From assembly GCA_017531445.1 (NCBI GenBank), contig JAFXKZ010000002.1, positions 9,286 to 73,285 of the forward strand: a DNA stretch of 64,000 bases, read 5' to 3'. The stretch comes from Kiritimatiellia bacterium. Its GTDB lineage: Bacteria; Verrucomicrobiota; Kiritimatiellia; RFP12; DVOR01. The stretch's first letter is position 1; each line of letters opens with the position of its first letter. Position numbers and translations under genes: made by a program. The notes under the pieces were generated by a model. It made no database searches and had not been told where the DNA came from. It saw only the letters and a program-made list of their open reading frames with translations. This document shows positions 46,954 through 56,405 of the stretch, piece by piece.

Positions 46954-49311
46954 TCAAAGGCGGTGTTCGGCGAAATGTGCTTCCAAAATATTGCTTGAAG
47001 AAAGTGCTTCGCGCCACGTGGCAACAGGAAGAGCCGTTCCAGCCCAGGAGAGGTCAACGCGGAATCTCCCGAAGCCCGCTTGCATGAGTTCGCGCAAATA
47101 GGGACGGGCTGACCAGGGGCGTTCATCAAACGTAATCCACAAATCTCCCAAACGCGTAAGGTGCAATCGATGTCCATCACGGTTGAACAATACGGTATTA
47201 TCGGTATGCGGGCGCGTGAAAGCAATGAATTGCGGCGCATATTGTGTAATCAAAATCTCTTTCGGCAAGACCGCAGGAAGCGATTTCAAATTGGGAAGAT
47301 TTGCTTCCGGTCCGGAGACATTGCCGGTAATGCCGCAGGCGATTTGGTTTGCTTCTGCATCAGGATTGATCGCATACCACGTCCAATCGGCCGTGATGTC
47401 CAGCGCATCACAGGCGGGGCTGAGGTCTTGCAATAATTGCCATGATGTCAGATCGGCGCATTCATACTTGCAGATACCTTTATCCAACAGTGTGCCAATG
47501 GTCGCACACACGGTAGTGATAGCGTTATTACGCAAGGCAGGGGGGAGGGCGAAGCGGAGCTGCTCATAGGGGACACGCTCCAACCATGGCTTCAGCTGCT
47601 CGAAATGCGTTTGGGAGGTAAGCGTCACAACGACTTGCGCAGGGAGTTCATCGCCCAAGACAGAGGGGGATTGCAATGCTGAGACTTTTAGCGTATAAGT
47701 CGCTTCAGAAACAGGTGAACGTGTAACCGTCTGGCGTGGCGCGCAGGCAGGCTGCGCGTGAGGGGTGGCTGTCAGCGCAGAGGCCTGTCTTGCCGCTTCG
47801 GCCCATGTACGCCGCGTAGCATTGAGTAAGCCCGCCGGCAGAAAAAGCCCATGGTCGGCCACCTTGAGGCGACGTAAAAAGAAGCCGTCATCGCCCAAAC
47901 GCGAGAGTAGTTTGTGTGCCGCATCGGCGGTTTTTGACGTGTCTTTGGCAGGCGTTAGAACCGCTGGCGTGGAGATGTGAATGCCATTGCCGGAGAGGAG
48001 GATGGCTTCCGGCGTGAGTTCCAACGTGAGATCGGCCGGTTCAAGTGTGCGCAATTCGGTGCTGCGGGGTTTGGAAACAGGGAAGGCGCGGCGGACGGCT
48101 TGCGAAGCAGAGCAGTAAACGGTTGCCCCTCGCGGCACTTCTTTTACTTCATCGGGGAGTGCAACATCAATCCGCGTGCCTGCCGGCAGGGAGAGTGCGT
48201 TTTTGCGTGTGCGGCTGTCGCGCAATTTTAATACGGCAAATCCGATGGGGCGACCACCTTCAGGCGGGTCAATCTGCAAACCGTCGTGTTTTTCAATTGC
48301 GCGTGAGGAATCAAACGTCATCCAGCGGATGCCATCGGTGTCGCGAATCACACGCAATACGCGTCCGATCGGTGCGCCCCGGTGCCCTACACAGAGTGGA
48401 TCAATAACTGCTTCCGGAGGGGTTGAGGTGCCTGTGGCATAAAGCGTGGTCCATGGCCGGGAGAAGATTGTTTGTAAGGCTTCTGCTTTCTGCGCATAGC
48501 GCGTGTCAGTAAGTTCCCCATCCAGAAGTGTGCGGTAGAGATCGGTCACTGCGGCGACGTAGAGTGGATTTTTCATGCGCCCTTCAATTTTCAGACTGGC
48601 CAACGGTAGTCGCCGGAGCAGGTCGGCACAATCAACCAAAGCTAAGTCGCGCATTGAAAAGGGGTGGGAGGAAAGAAGTTCACCTGTTTCAGAAGTGACG
48701 GTGCGGAATGATTGACGGCAGCAATAGGCACATCGGCCGCGATTGCCACTGCGTCCGGTTGTTAATGAGGAGAAAAGGCAGAGTCCGCTGATGCTGTAGC
48801 AGAGTGCTCCATGCACAAATACTTCGATTTCAATATCTGCTTTCCGACCGATTTCCGCAGCTTCTTCAAGGGAGAGTTCGCGTGCAGTTACGATGCGGAC
48901 AAAGCCCATCGCTTTCAATGCGCGCGCACCGGCAAGCGACGTGCAGGCGAGTTGTGTTGAGGCGTGGAGGGGAATACGTGGAAAATCGCGATGAATCCGT
49001 GCCGCAAGTCCGAGATCCTGGACAATGACACCATCAATATTTAACTTCTGAAGCAGGGCCAACGAGGGAAGCAGGGCCTCGAATTCATGTGTTTCAATGA
49101 GTGTGTTGAGCGTGACGTAAACCTTGCGAGGACGTTCAAGATTGCGTGCGTAGGCGATGATTTGTGCGAGCGCTTCGTCTGAAAAATTGGCTGCATCGGC
49201 TCGTGCAGAAAAGCGGGAGAGCCCGAGATAGATGGCGTCTGCGCCATAGGTAAAAGCCGCAATCGCAGCATCAAATGAGCCGGCCGGAGCGAGAAGTTCG
49301 GGAAGTGGCAT
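46954..49311 (-). CDS. peptidase U32 family protein (long form)
   Basis: ELLAPAGSFDAAIAAFTYGADAIYLG N-terminus and the U32 signature EVFVHGALCYSISGLCLFS. Confidence 0.85.
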   Translation of the reverse strand: MPLPELLAPAGSFDAAIAAFTYGADAIYLGLSRFSARADAANFSDEALAQIIAYARNLERPRKVYVTLNTLIETHEFEALLPSLALLQKLNIDGVIVQDLGLAARIHRDFPRIPLHASTQLACTSLAGARALKAMGFVRIVTARELSLEEAAEIGRKADIEIEVFVHGALCYSISGLCLFSSLTTGRSGNRGRCAYCCRQSFRTVTSETGELLSSHPFSMRDLALVDCADLLRRLPLASLKIEGRMKNPLYVAAVTDLYRTLLDGELTDTRYAQKAEALQTIFSRPWTTLYATGTSTPPEAVIDPLCVGHRGAPIGRVLRVIRDTDGIRWMTFDSSRAIEKHDGLQIDPPEGGRPIGFAVLKLRDSRTRKNALSLPAGTRIDVALPDEVKEVPRGATVYCSASQAVRRAFPVSKPRSTELRTLEPADLTLELTPEAILLSGNGIHISTPAVLTPAKDTSKTADAAHKLLSRLGDDGFFLRRLKVADHGLFLPAGLLNATRRTWAEAARQASALTATPHAQPACAPRQTVTRSPVSEATYTLKVSALQSPSVLGDELPAQVVVTLTSQTHFEQLKPWLERVPYEQLRFALPPALRNNAITTVCATIGTLLDKGICKYECADLTSWQLLQDLSPACDALDITADWTWYAINPDAEANQIACGITGNVSGPEANLPNLKSLPAVLPKEILITQYAPQFIAFTRPHTDNTVLFNRDGHRLHLTRLGDLWITFDERPWSARPYLRELMQAGFGRFRVDLSWAGTALPVATWREALSSSNILEAHFAEHRL

Positions 49312-49330
49312 ATGGTTGCCCCAGAAAAGG

Positions 49331-50083
49331 TTAGAAGAGAATGAGCGTTTTCAACGGATCGAATGCAGCTTCAATGCGATCTTTTTCATTGGAAGAAAGC
49401 GGGCAATTCGCCAGGTTTAATACGCGAAGTGATTGCCACCCGGTGAGATTTTCGGGCAGATGAGTGATTTTTGTATTACTGAGATCAAGCTCTTCCAGTC
49501 CGCATCCGAGGTCGGGAGCGACCGTTTCAAGCGGGTTGCCTGCAAGGGTAAGGTGGCGCAAGGCTTTGGGTTTTGACGCAAATGTGCGCAACAGATTGTC
49601 GGCAAGATAGAGCCGCTCAATAGTTTCGGGAAGTGGAGGAAGATGTGTGAGACGATTGTGATTCAAGCGCAGCCAACGAAGTGATGTGGACGAGAGATCG
49701 GGCAACTGGGCGAGTCGATTCCGGTCAAGATTCAAATAGGTGAGCCGATGCCATTTTCCGGCCTCTTGCGGCAGGGACATCAACTGATTGTCGGATAACC
49801 AAAGGTGTTTGAGGTGTCCGGGGATGAGATCGCCGGGCAGTAGCATCAGGTTGTTGGCAGAGAGATTGAGTGCTTCCAGAGTTTCGGGAAAATGCAACGC
49901 ATAGACCCGATCTGCGCCTACGGCTCGCAAGTGTAACGCACGGACCGACTGGGTAATGGCTGGAATGGGCGTTGTACGACCTTCAAGCATGAGTGTTTCG
50001 GCATGGACACAACCAAATACCCATACAATTAAGGCAATTTTTAAGAGCGAATCTTTCAATCCCATTGGATGATTTCTCCGCAT
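49331..50083 (-). CDS. secreted leucine-rich repeat protein
   Basis: Signal peptide followed by about 8 LxxLxLxxNxLxxLP repeats. Its 5' end overlaps the birA-fusion gene. Confidence 0.8.
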   Translation of the reverse strand: MRRNHPMGLKDSLLKIALIVWVFGCVHAETLMLEGRTTPIPAITQSVRALHLRAVGADRVYALHFPETLEALNLSANNLMLLPGDLIPGHLKHLWLSDNQLMSLPQEAGKWHRLTYLNLDRNRLAQLPDLSSTSLRWLRLNHNRLTHLPPLPETIERLYLADNLLRTFASKPKALRHLTLAGNPLETVAPDLGCGLEELDLSNTKITHLPENLTGWQSLRVLNLANCPLSSNEKDRIEAAFDPLKTLILF

Positions 50084-51192
50084 ACGATAGGGGTAATCGT
50101 GCCGTCTTTGAGTTCTAAAAGAAGGGCACCGTCTTCCCGTATGCCCCGGGCGATACCGGAGGTTGGCGTATCAGAAAGTTTGACGGTGATTGGAAGATCA
50201 CGCTTGCAATCGCAGGCGGCGAGTTCTTCCCGCAGTGCTTTCAACCCTTGTTTCAGCCAACGGGCATACAGTGCTTCAAATTGTTTGAGTATTTTGGCAA
50301 GCAGGACAAGGCGATCAATTTCGCCGGAGATCCGGGTGGCACGATAGGCTACGGCCTCCGGCACTTCGCCGGTGTTGAGCCCGACGCCGATGATGATACC
50401 TTCAATTCCCTGCGCGGAGGTGTGCGCTTCGCAGAGAATCCCACAGACCTTGCGCTCGCCGATAAGCACATCGTTTGGCCATTTCAAGCCGGCGTTGTTC
50501 CCCATTTCCCGTAATACAAGCGTTACCGCCAAGCCTGCCACGAGAGGGGAAGTAATGGCGATTTCGGGCGGTAATTGGGGACGGATCAACAACGAGAAGA
50601 GCAATCCTTGCCCGGGTTCCGAGAGCCAATTGCGTCCCAATCGCCCACGGCCTGCAGTTTGCACTTCGGAAACAACAAGTGTGCCTTCCGGCGCGTTCGC
50701 TTCCGCTAAACGGAGCAAGAGGTCGTTGGTGCTGGTACAGGAGGCGTGAAAATGGGAGAATCTCCCAAAGCAATCGGTTTGCAAGTAAGAGCCGAATGCT
50801 TTTTCACGTAAATAGTTGAGTAATGGAAGATCTGCTTCTGCGAAATCCAACTTCCATAGTTGATCCGGAGCACACCAACATTGGTCAATGTGTTCGTGTA
50901 ACGTAGGTGCGGCTTTGTTGGTTTGAACGCAGATAAAGCCATGGAGTGTGAGCGAGAATTCCGGATAGGCGTGTTCAACGCAAGGCGCATCGGCCACAGT
51001 TTCCACAGCGATGCCAAGTTCTTCTTTGATTTCGCGGACAACCGCTTGTGCCGGTGTCTCGCCTTGTTCGATTTTTCCTCCCGGAAATTCCCATTTGAAT
51101 GCCGTTGATTGGAACTTGGAGGCTCCGCGCTTTACACAAAAGACCTCACCTGCATTGTTGAAAATCAGTGCTGCCGCTACATGAAGATGCAT
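50056..51192 (-). CDS. birA: Nudix hydrolase (MutT-like) fused to biotin--[acetyl-CoA-carboxylase] ligase
   Basis: Nudix box GGKIEQGETPAQAVVREIKEELG in the N-terminal ~130 aa, followed by BirA motifs QTAGRGRLGRNW and KWPNDV and the C-terminal beta domain. Confidence 0.85.
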   Translation of the reverse strand: MHLHVAAALIFNNAGEVFCVKRGASKFQSTAFKWEFPGGKIEQGETPAQAVVREIKEELGIAVETVADAPCVEHAYPEFSLTLHGFICVQTNKAAPTLHEHIDQCWCAPDQLWKLDFAEADLPLLNYLREKAFGSYLQTDCFGRFSHFHASCTSTNDLLLRLAEANAPEGTLVVSEVQTAGRGRLGRNWLSEPGQGLLFSLLIRPQLPPEIAITSPLVAGLAVTLVLREMGNNAGLKWPNDVLIGERKVCGILCEAHTSAQGIEGIIIGVGLNTGEVPEAVAYRATRISGEIDRLVLLAKILKQFEALYARWLKQGLKALREELAACDCKRDLPITVKLSDTPTSGIARGIREDGALLLELKDGTITPIVCGEIIQWD

Positions 51193-51207
51193 GGATGTTT
51201 CTTTCCA

Positions 51208-51945
51208 TTATTCGGTTAAATACGGAAGCAATGCCTCTGCCAAACGTTCATATCCTGCGGCATTTGGGTGCACCCTATCACGAAAATAACGTGGGTCTGC
51301 ATAACCTTCAGGCGTGGAAATCGCCTTTCCAATATCGGCAAAGCGAATCTGTTTCCCATCGGCCAAGGTGGCTAATCGGGCATTAACTTGCGCAATAGAG
51401 GCGAGGAGATGCGGCTCTCGGCGTGGGTAGATTCCTAAAATTAAGACTTGTGCTTCGGGCTGTTTTTTTTGAACAAGGGCCACCAAAGCCGCTATGTTTG
51501 CAGCACACGCATCTGCCGAATCGCCTCTGTGTCCAAGATTGTTTGTGCCGATGTTGATAAGAATAAGGCGGGGCGAAATACCGTCTAGCTCTCCGTGCAA
51601 GATGCGATAATAAGCGTTGTCGGCGTAATCATAGCCGAAACCGAGGTTGGTCACAGATTTATTATGAAAGAGTCTTTCCCAAGCCTCTTTCCCAAAGGTG
51701 CGATGACTTGCGGGCGCACCTCCCCATTGGTGAGTAATGCTGTCGCCAATAAAAACAATCTCCGGCTTTACTTTTGCATTGCGATTCAAAACACTTTGGT
51801 GGCGTTCTTCCCAGTTGTAATCATCACGCTGTTGCGGTTCGGGGCGCAATGAGGGAGGAGGGGAGGGTAATGTATGGCAAACAGCCGGGATGACGAACAT
51901 CCCGGCAATTGCAAACAAACGTGTAAATGCTCTTAAATGGGCCAT
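51208..51945 (-). CDS. secreted SGNH/GDSL hydrolase (esterase)
   Basis: Signal peptide, block I FIGDSIT, GTNN, and block V DRVHPN. Confidence 0.8.
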   Translation of the reverse strand: MAHLRAFTRLFAIAGMFVIPAVCHTLPSPPPSLRPEPQQRDDYNWEERHQSVLNRNAKVKPEIVFIGDSITHQWGGAPASHRTFGKEAWERLFHNKSVTNLGFGYDYADNAYYRILHGELDGISPRLILINIGTNNLGHRGDSADACAANIAALVALVQKKQPEAQVLILGIYPRREPHLLASIAQVNARLATLADGKQIRFADIGKAISTPEGYADPRYFRDRVHPNAAGYERLAEALLPYLTE

Positions 51946-51957
51946 TGTGCGATTGTT

Positions 51958-52971
51958 TTATGGCCGTTTGACGGCATCCAATTCCAGTTCAAACAAGAGA
52001 TCGTCACGGCAGACATCCGCAATGATTTCTTGCGCATAATCAGTCGGAAGCCCGTTGGTTTTAAGCCAATTTTGCCATGCTGGCCGATCTTCAGGCCGCT
52101 TGATATAGGCGATTGCACGCACCGAATCTGCAAAAGACATACCACGTGTTTCAAGGATGGCTTGCACGACTTCCATCGTTAATTTCACTTGTTTGGCGGC
52201 ATCATCATGATGGACAGTCTCTCCGCCCGGCGCGATACTCGCGGTGCCGGAAACAAAGACTGTCCGCCATTCCGGGGTGACAATCTCCGCTGCCCGACTG
52301 AAACTGCTCCTGTAATCCAACGCAGAGCATTGGAGTGGCGAGGCGAGCATCGCCTTGCTGGCCTTTCCGTCTTTGGGACGCATCGCGATGGCTCCGGCAA
52401 TCATTGCCGCCCCAAGCGAATTTGCACATCCGATGCCTGTACTTGCCGGCACAAAGCCGCCAAAGATGTCATTCGCTTCAAAGAATTCGTCACGTACACG
52501 GTTGAGCACGTCATACCATTCTAAAAGCTTGTCCAAATAGAGCCAAGTTCTTACGACATCGTGGAAAGAAAATCCTTCATTTTTGAGGAGTTTGGAAATG
52601 TTTTCAAATACAGAACGCGCTTGTTGTTCTCTGGAGGCGGAAAGGTCATCCGGCGCAATGCCCATTAAGAGCACGTATTGCGCATACGCATCTTCGTACT
52701 TTGCTCCAACCGCTCTGCCGTTTTGCAAAATCACGCTCACGTCACCTTTGGTGGAGATGAAACGTTGAACCATCGGAGGTATGTCACCTGTAATTTCATT
52801 GGTCAACCAAATTCCCGGTACGTCTCCTTGTGGAAGTGTGGTAAGGATGGAGGGAGCCCCCCAACCATTACGCGCAATTTCTACTCCGCGTACAGGTGTT
52901 TCCAACGTCTGCCAAAGCGTACCATTCAACCATGTTAACATCGTATTCTCTCCAATGATCCAGCTGATCAA
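51958..52971 (-). CDS. RidA/YjgF-superfamily protein, FkbO/Hyg5 chorismatase-like architecture
   Basis: 337 aa, about twice the length of RidA. The C-terminal VSGTASIAPGGETVHHDDAAKQ...VRAIAYI resembles the chorismatase family pattern. Assigned from memory only. Confidence 0.45.
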   Translation of the reverse strand: MISWIIGENTMLTWLNGTLWQTLETPVRGVEIARNGWGAPSILTTLPQGDVPGIWLTNEITGDIPPMVQRFISTKGDVSVILQNGRAVGAKYEDAYAQYVLLMGIAPDDLSASREQQARSVFENISKLLKNEGFSFHDVVRTWLYLDKLLEWYDVLNRVRDEFFEANDIFGGFVPASTGIGCANSLGAAMIAGAIAMRPKDGKASKAMLASPLQCSALDYRSSFSRAAEIVTPEWRTVFVSGTASIAPGGETVHHDDAAKQVKLTMEVVQAILETRGMSFADSVRAIAYIKRPEDRPAWQNWLKTNGLPTDYAQEIIADVCRDDLLFELELDAVKRP

Positions 52972-52974
52972 TGT

Positions 52975-54870
52975 TCAAAGTGAAAGAATGTAAATTTCAA
53001 GATCGCTCAGTTCCTGTTCGGTTAAGTCCAAAGTTACTCCGTGATATTGCCCTTCGGGATTCCAAGTGGTGAGCACGTCACGAATAGTTTTTGCACGGCC
53101 ATCATAAAGGTAGGGGGCCGTTCTCCAGACTTCTTTCAATGTGGGAACGTCAAATTTCTGTCCTTTTTCGTCTCGCGTCCCCAAGCCGATGTCATACAAA
53201 GGGGCTTCCGAGCCATCGTTGGGGTTTGCCGAAGCCGTGAAGTGAAGTTCGGGCTTATGGCAACGCGCACAGTCTGCTTTATCTGTCCGTTCAAAGATTT
53301 CTTTCCCGCGAGCAATAGCTGCTGCATTTTCCTCGCGTGCCCAAGGTGAAGGTTGCGCTTTCATGTTCATTACATAAGCATCAATGCATTGGGTGTCTTC
53401 TTCGCTGACGGCACAAAATTGAATATGACGGAATCCTGCACGATTACAATGCTTCATATCTTTGCGAATGCCCGTAATCATTGTTGGCGGTGTGACACCG
53501 CTTAGATAGAGCGTCTTACTTTGTTTCGGATTTCCAATGCCGTCATTCAACAAATCCCAGTTCAGCCCGTCAACAATTCCATCCGGATGGCACGAGGCGC
53601 AGCTCTGCCATTGCTGGAAGCACTTGGTGCCGTCATTGAAGAGCATTTCGCCGCGCAATTCCGGATTAGCCTTCAGATCTGCCAGTGCATTTCCATTGAG
53701 AGGCGTTACTTTCGGGCGGATTTGGCGGCGTTCTTTGAATGGGATTTCAACTAATGCATCTGCATAATGACAGACGAGATAAGCGCGATCATTGGTTGCC
53801 ACGATGCCGCGCGGTCCATCGGCTTCAAAGGTAAAGCGACGTCGAATGCCGGTAAGGAATGAAAGATCGTTATGAACTTCCTCTGCAGAGAAAGTGACTT
53901 CGGTGACTTTCTTTCCCGCTGCAGCATCTTCCAATCGGCGATGCATCGCCGCACGATCAATCACACTCACTTCGCGTGTGCCGGCGTGTGTTACAAGGAT
54001 CTGCTCGCCATTCGGTGTAACAGTTACGCCCCATGGATTTGCTGCACCCAGATCAATGTCATCCAAAAGAACGGTGTTGATGTAGGCTCCTGTAGTGCCA
54101 TCGAAGACGGAGAGTGCTGCGGTATTCATCCATCCGCGCTCCAATTGTGTTGTGGGCAATTGATAACGCGCCTGCGTATGGGTAAGATAGATGTGCGCAC
54201 CATCGGGAGAAGCAGCGACACCCCGCACGCCGGTTGAACCATCCGGCAGGTGGATGTGGGCCTTGATGGCAAAGGTCTCTGTCTCAATAACCGTAACTTT
54301 TGCAGCCACGTGTCCGGTTGGTTCGGTGGTGTCATCAGGAAGCATATTGATGACAAAGAGCAACTTCCCATCTTTACCGAGTGCACAGCCATGCGTTTCG
54401 CGGATACATTTGGCTGTATTAAGCAATGTTAATGATTTTGCATCGTATTGCTGCACATTGGCATCAAAGCGGTTGCAAAGGTAAACATAACGCCCATCTG
54501 TCGAAACGATGGGAGCCATCGCTCCGTTCCCTGTTACGACAGAACGTCCGTCAGAACAGAAAAGTCTGCCTTCATTTCCGTCTTCTGCGGTGTAGTAAAT
54601 CGTTCCGTCAGGTGCAACCGCAGCCCCGGTTACCGGAAGTGAAACGCTGTCTTGAAACAACCCAAAGAAGCCTCCCATACGCTTAATCGCAGGAAACGAA
54701 CGCAGAAGAGTGCCATCAAGCGAACGCTCCGAAACGCATCCGGAACGTTTCTCTGCGATAATCAATCGATCTGCATTTGGGGAGAGAGAAATTGTTTCAG
54801 GTGAAAGATACGTCGCTTTTAAGAGCGCGTTCATACTGAAAAAACAGGCAAGCAAGAGTGTACGTTTCAT
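52975..54870 (-). CDS. secreted beta-propeller domain fused to a di-haem cytochrome c peroxidase/MauG-like domain
   Basis: Signal peptide from ATG 54870 (MKRTLLLACFF). The N-terminal ~400 aa carry repeated propeller-like blades. Two CxxCH sites are present (CASCHPDG, CARCHKPE). Confidence 0.8.
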   Translation of the reverse strand: MKRTLLLACFFSMNALLKATYLSPETISLSPNADRLIIAEKRSGCVSERSLDGTLLRSFPAIKRMGGFFGLFQDSVSLPVTGAAVAPDGTIYYTAEDGNEGRLFCSDGRSVVTGNGAMAPIVSTDGRYVYLCNRFDANVQQYDAKSLTLLNTAKCIRETHGCALGKDGKLLFVINMLPDDTTEPTGHVAAKVTVIETETFAIKAHIHLPDGSTGVRGVAASPDGAHIYLTHTQARYQLPTTQLERGWMNTAALSVFDGTTGAYINTVLLDDIDLGAANPWGVTVTPNGEQILVTHAGTREVSVIDRAAMHRRLEDAAAGKKVTEVTFSAEEVHNDLSFLTGIRRRFTFEADGPRGIVATNDRAYLVCHYADALVEIPFKERRQIRPKVTPLNGNALADLKANPELRGEMLFNDGTKCFQQWQSCASCHPDGIVDGLNWDLLNDGIGNPKQSKTLYLSGVTPPTMITGIRKDMKHCNRAGFRHIQFCAVSEEDTQCIDAYVMNMKAQPSPWAREENAAAIARGKEIFERTDKADCARCHKPELHFTASANPNDGSEAPLYDIGLGTRDEKGQKFDVPTLKEVWRTAPYLYDGRAKTIRDVLTTWNPEGQYHGVTLDLTEQELSDLEIYILSL

Positions 54871-55050
54871 TGTCTTGACTCCAAAATAAACCACGTTCAG
54901 TATAACATGTTTCGTGTGTTGCAAAGAGGCAAAATGCAAAATCAAACGCATTGCGTCCTGCAGTAACCAAAACATCACCTTCTTTAGTATAGCACATCAT
55001 TCACTTGAGGATGGGAAGAGGATTGATTTTGGAAAGAAAATCTTTTTTGC

Positions 55051-55077
55051 TTGACTTTATGCGGGGGGGGGTATCAT
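55051..55077 (+). promoter_or_regulatory. candidate promoter of the GTPase cassette with a G9 homopolymer in the spacer
   Basis: TTGACT (55051-55056), 15-nt spacer TTATGC+G9 (G run 55063-55071), TATCAT (55072-55077). Confidence 0.4.
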
Positions 55078-55150
55078 GTTATTAGTGAATACTACAAGTG
55101 GAGTTTGCATACGGCTCTACTTATAAGTCAATGAAGGATGGTTGAATTTT

Positions 55151-56395
55151 ATGGGTAATATTACGTTTTTGGGCGTTGAAGGTTCGGGTAAAACCGTTTT
55201 GACGATGGCATTGGTGAATGCTTTTAAGGCGCATGAACATGAAGGGTGGTTCTTACGTCCTGAAACGCGTGGTGCTTTTCGCTTTTTGGAACAGGACCCT
55301 TCGGAATTAAAAGAAGGAATGCTTCCGCACCAAACAACTGCCTTGCGCCAATTGGCTTGGAGTGTGGTGAAGGATGGCGAGCATCAGCAGACCTTGGATA
55401 TTTTGGACTATCCTGGTGAAGTCTATCGTCTTGCTTTCTTAAATGCGGAAGATGAAAATGATCCAGACGAATTTCGTGCGCGAGTCCAAGCACATCAAGA
55501 AGAAATTAAGGGATTCTTAGGACACCTGATTCTGTCTGAACATATCTTTGTTCTCTTCAATCTCTCTGATGCGAAGGATTTAGGCTCAAATGATAAAAAT
55601 CTGGATGCCGTATGGGTGACCAATGCGTGCTTAGATTATCTCCATCGATTGCCCCACAAACCACGTATTACCCTGCTTTTGACGCAGATTGATAGGTACG
55701 TGGATTTAGAACAGTGCGAATTTGACCCAAAAGTCTATGTCTCACATCACCTTCCCTTAATCGCCCACAACTTCCCTAATTTAGATGTTTATGCCGTTGC
55801 TGCTTTAGGTGCTGCAGACTCAACATTTGGCATTAATTCTATTCTTGTTCGTTGTTTGTTTAGCACCCCCGTTGTACAAGACGCAATCAATCATGTGAAA
55901 GAATGTCGTCGCAATTTAGAATACGTATTTGATTTAAGCGTTGAGGATGAAGCATTTTGTAGTCAAGTGATGAGTGCAGTTGAAAATCTCTCGTTTGATG
56001 CTCCTCATTGGAAACAGAAATTACCGTGGTTCATCAACGTAAAAGATTTAATTAATTCAACTGGGATGTTAAGCGCGGAGGATTGTCAAGAATGTAAAAC
56101 AATTGTGGATAAATATCGCGCAGTGCTACAAGAGTGTGATGGTAACACTATTGACTATTCATATTTAGCTTCTTTAATGTGTGAGATGGAGGCTAAAAGT
56201 GAAGAGGCTAGCCTGCTAGTGCAGAAGATGTATTCACAATTTCATGTAGCGGCATTAAAAGCTTGTCGGGCGGATCTTGTTATTCAACAAGCAGCTAAAA
56301 TTGAAAAGTGTAAATATTACGCTTCACGAAGCTTTTTAATCGTTTCCGTAATCATTTTACTCGCAACGTGTATCGTTGTTTTTGTTTGTGCGTGA
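55151..56395 (+). CDS. tail-anchored P-loop GTPase (Ras-like/TRAFAC motifs), family unassigned
   Basis: G1 GVEGSGKT, G3 LDILDYPGE, G4-like LLLTQID, a helical Cys-containing middle region, and a C-terminal TM helix FLIVSVIILLATCIVVFV. ATG 55151 follows AAGGA (the ORF track starts at TTG 55142). Confidence 0.7.
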   Translation: MGNITFLGVEGSGKTVLTMALVNAFKAHEHEGWFLRPETRGAFRFLEQDPSELKEGMLPHQTTALRQLAWSVVKDGEHQQTLDILDYPGEVYRLAFLNAEDENDPDEFRARVQAHQEEIKGFLGHLILSEHIFVLFNLSDAKDLGSNDKNLDAVWVTNACLDYLHRLPHKPRITLLLTQIDRYVDLEQCEFDPKVYVSHHLPLIAHNFPNLDVYAVAALGAADSTFGINSILVRCLFSTPVVQDAINHVKECRRNLEYVFDLSVEDEAFCSQVMSAVENLSFDAPHWKQKLPWFINVKDLINSTGMLSAEDCQECKTIVDKYRAVLQECDGNTIDYSYLASLMCEMEAKSEEASLLVQKMYSQFHVAALKACRADLVIQQAAKIEKCKYYASRSFLIVSVIILLATCIVVFVCA

Positions 56396-56405
56396 GGAAT
56401 TAATC

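Noticed and set aside
46335-46954. tRNA-Leu as an integration hotspot with an adjacent genomic island
   Set aside because: No integrase, no duplicated tRNA 3' fragment and no foreign-looking genes flank the tRNA. The neighbours are ilvC and a U32 peptidase.
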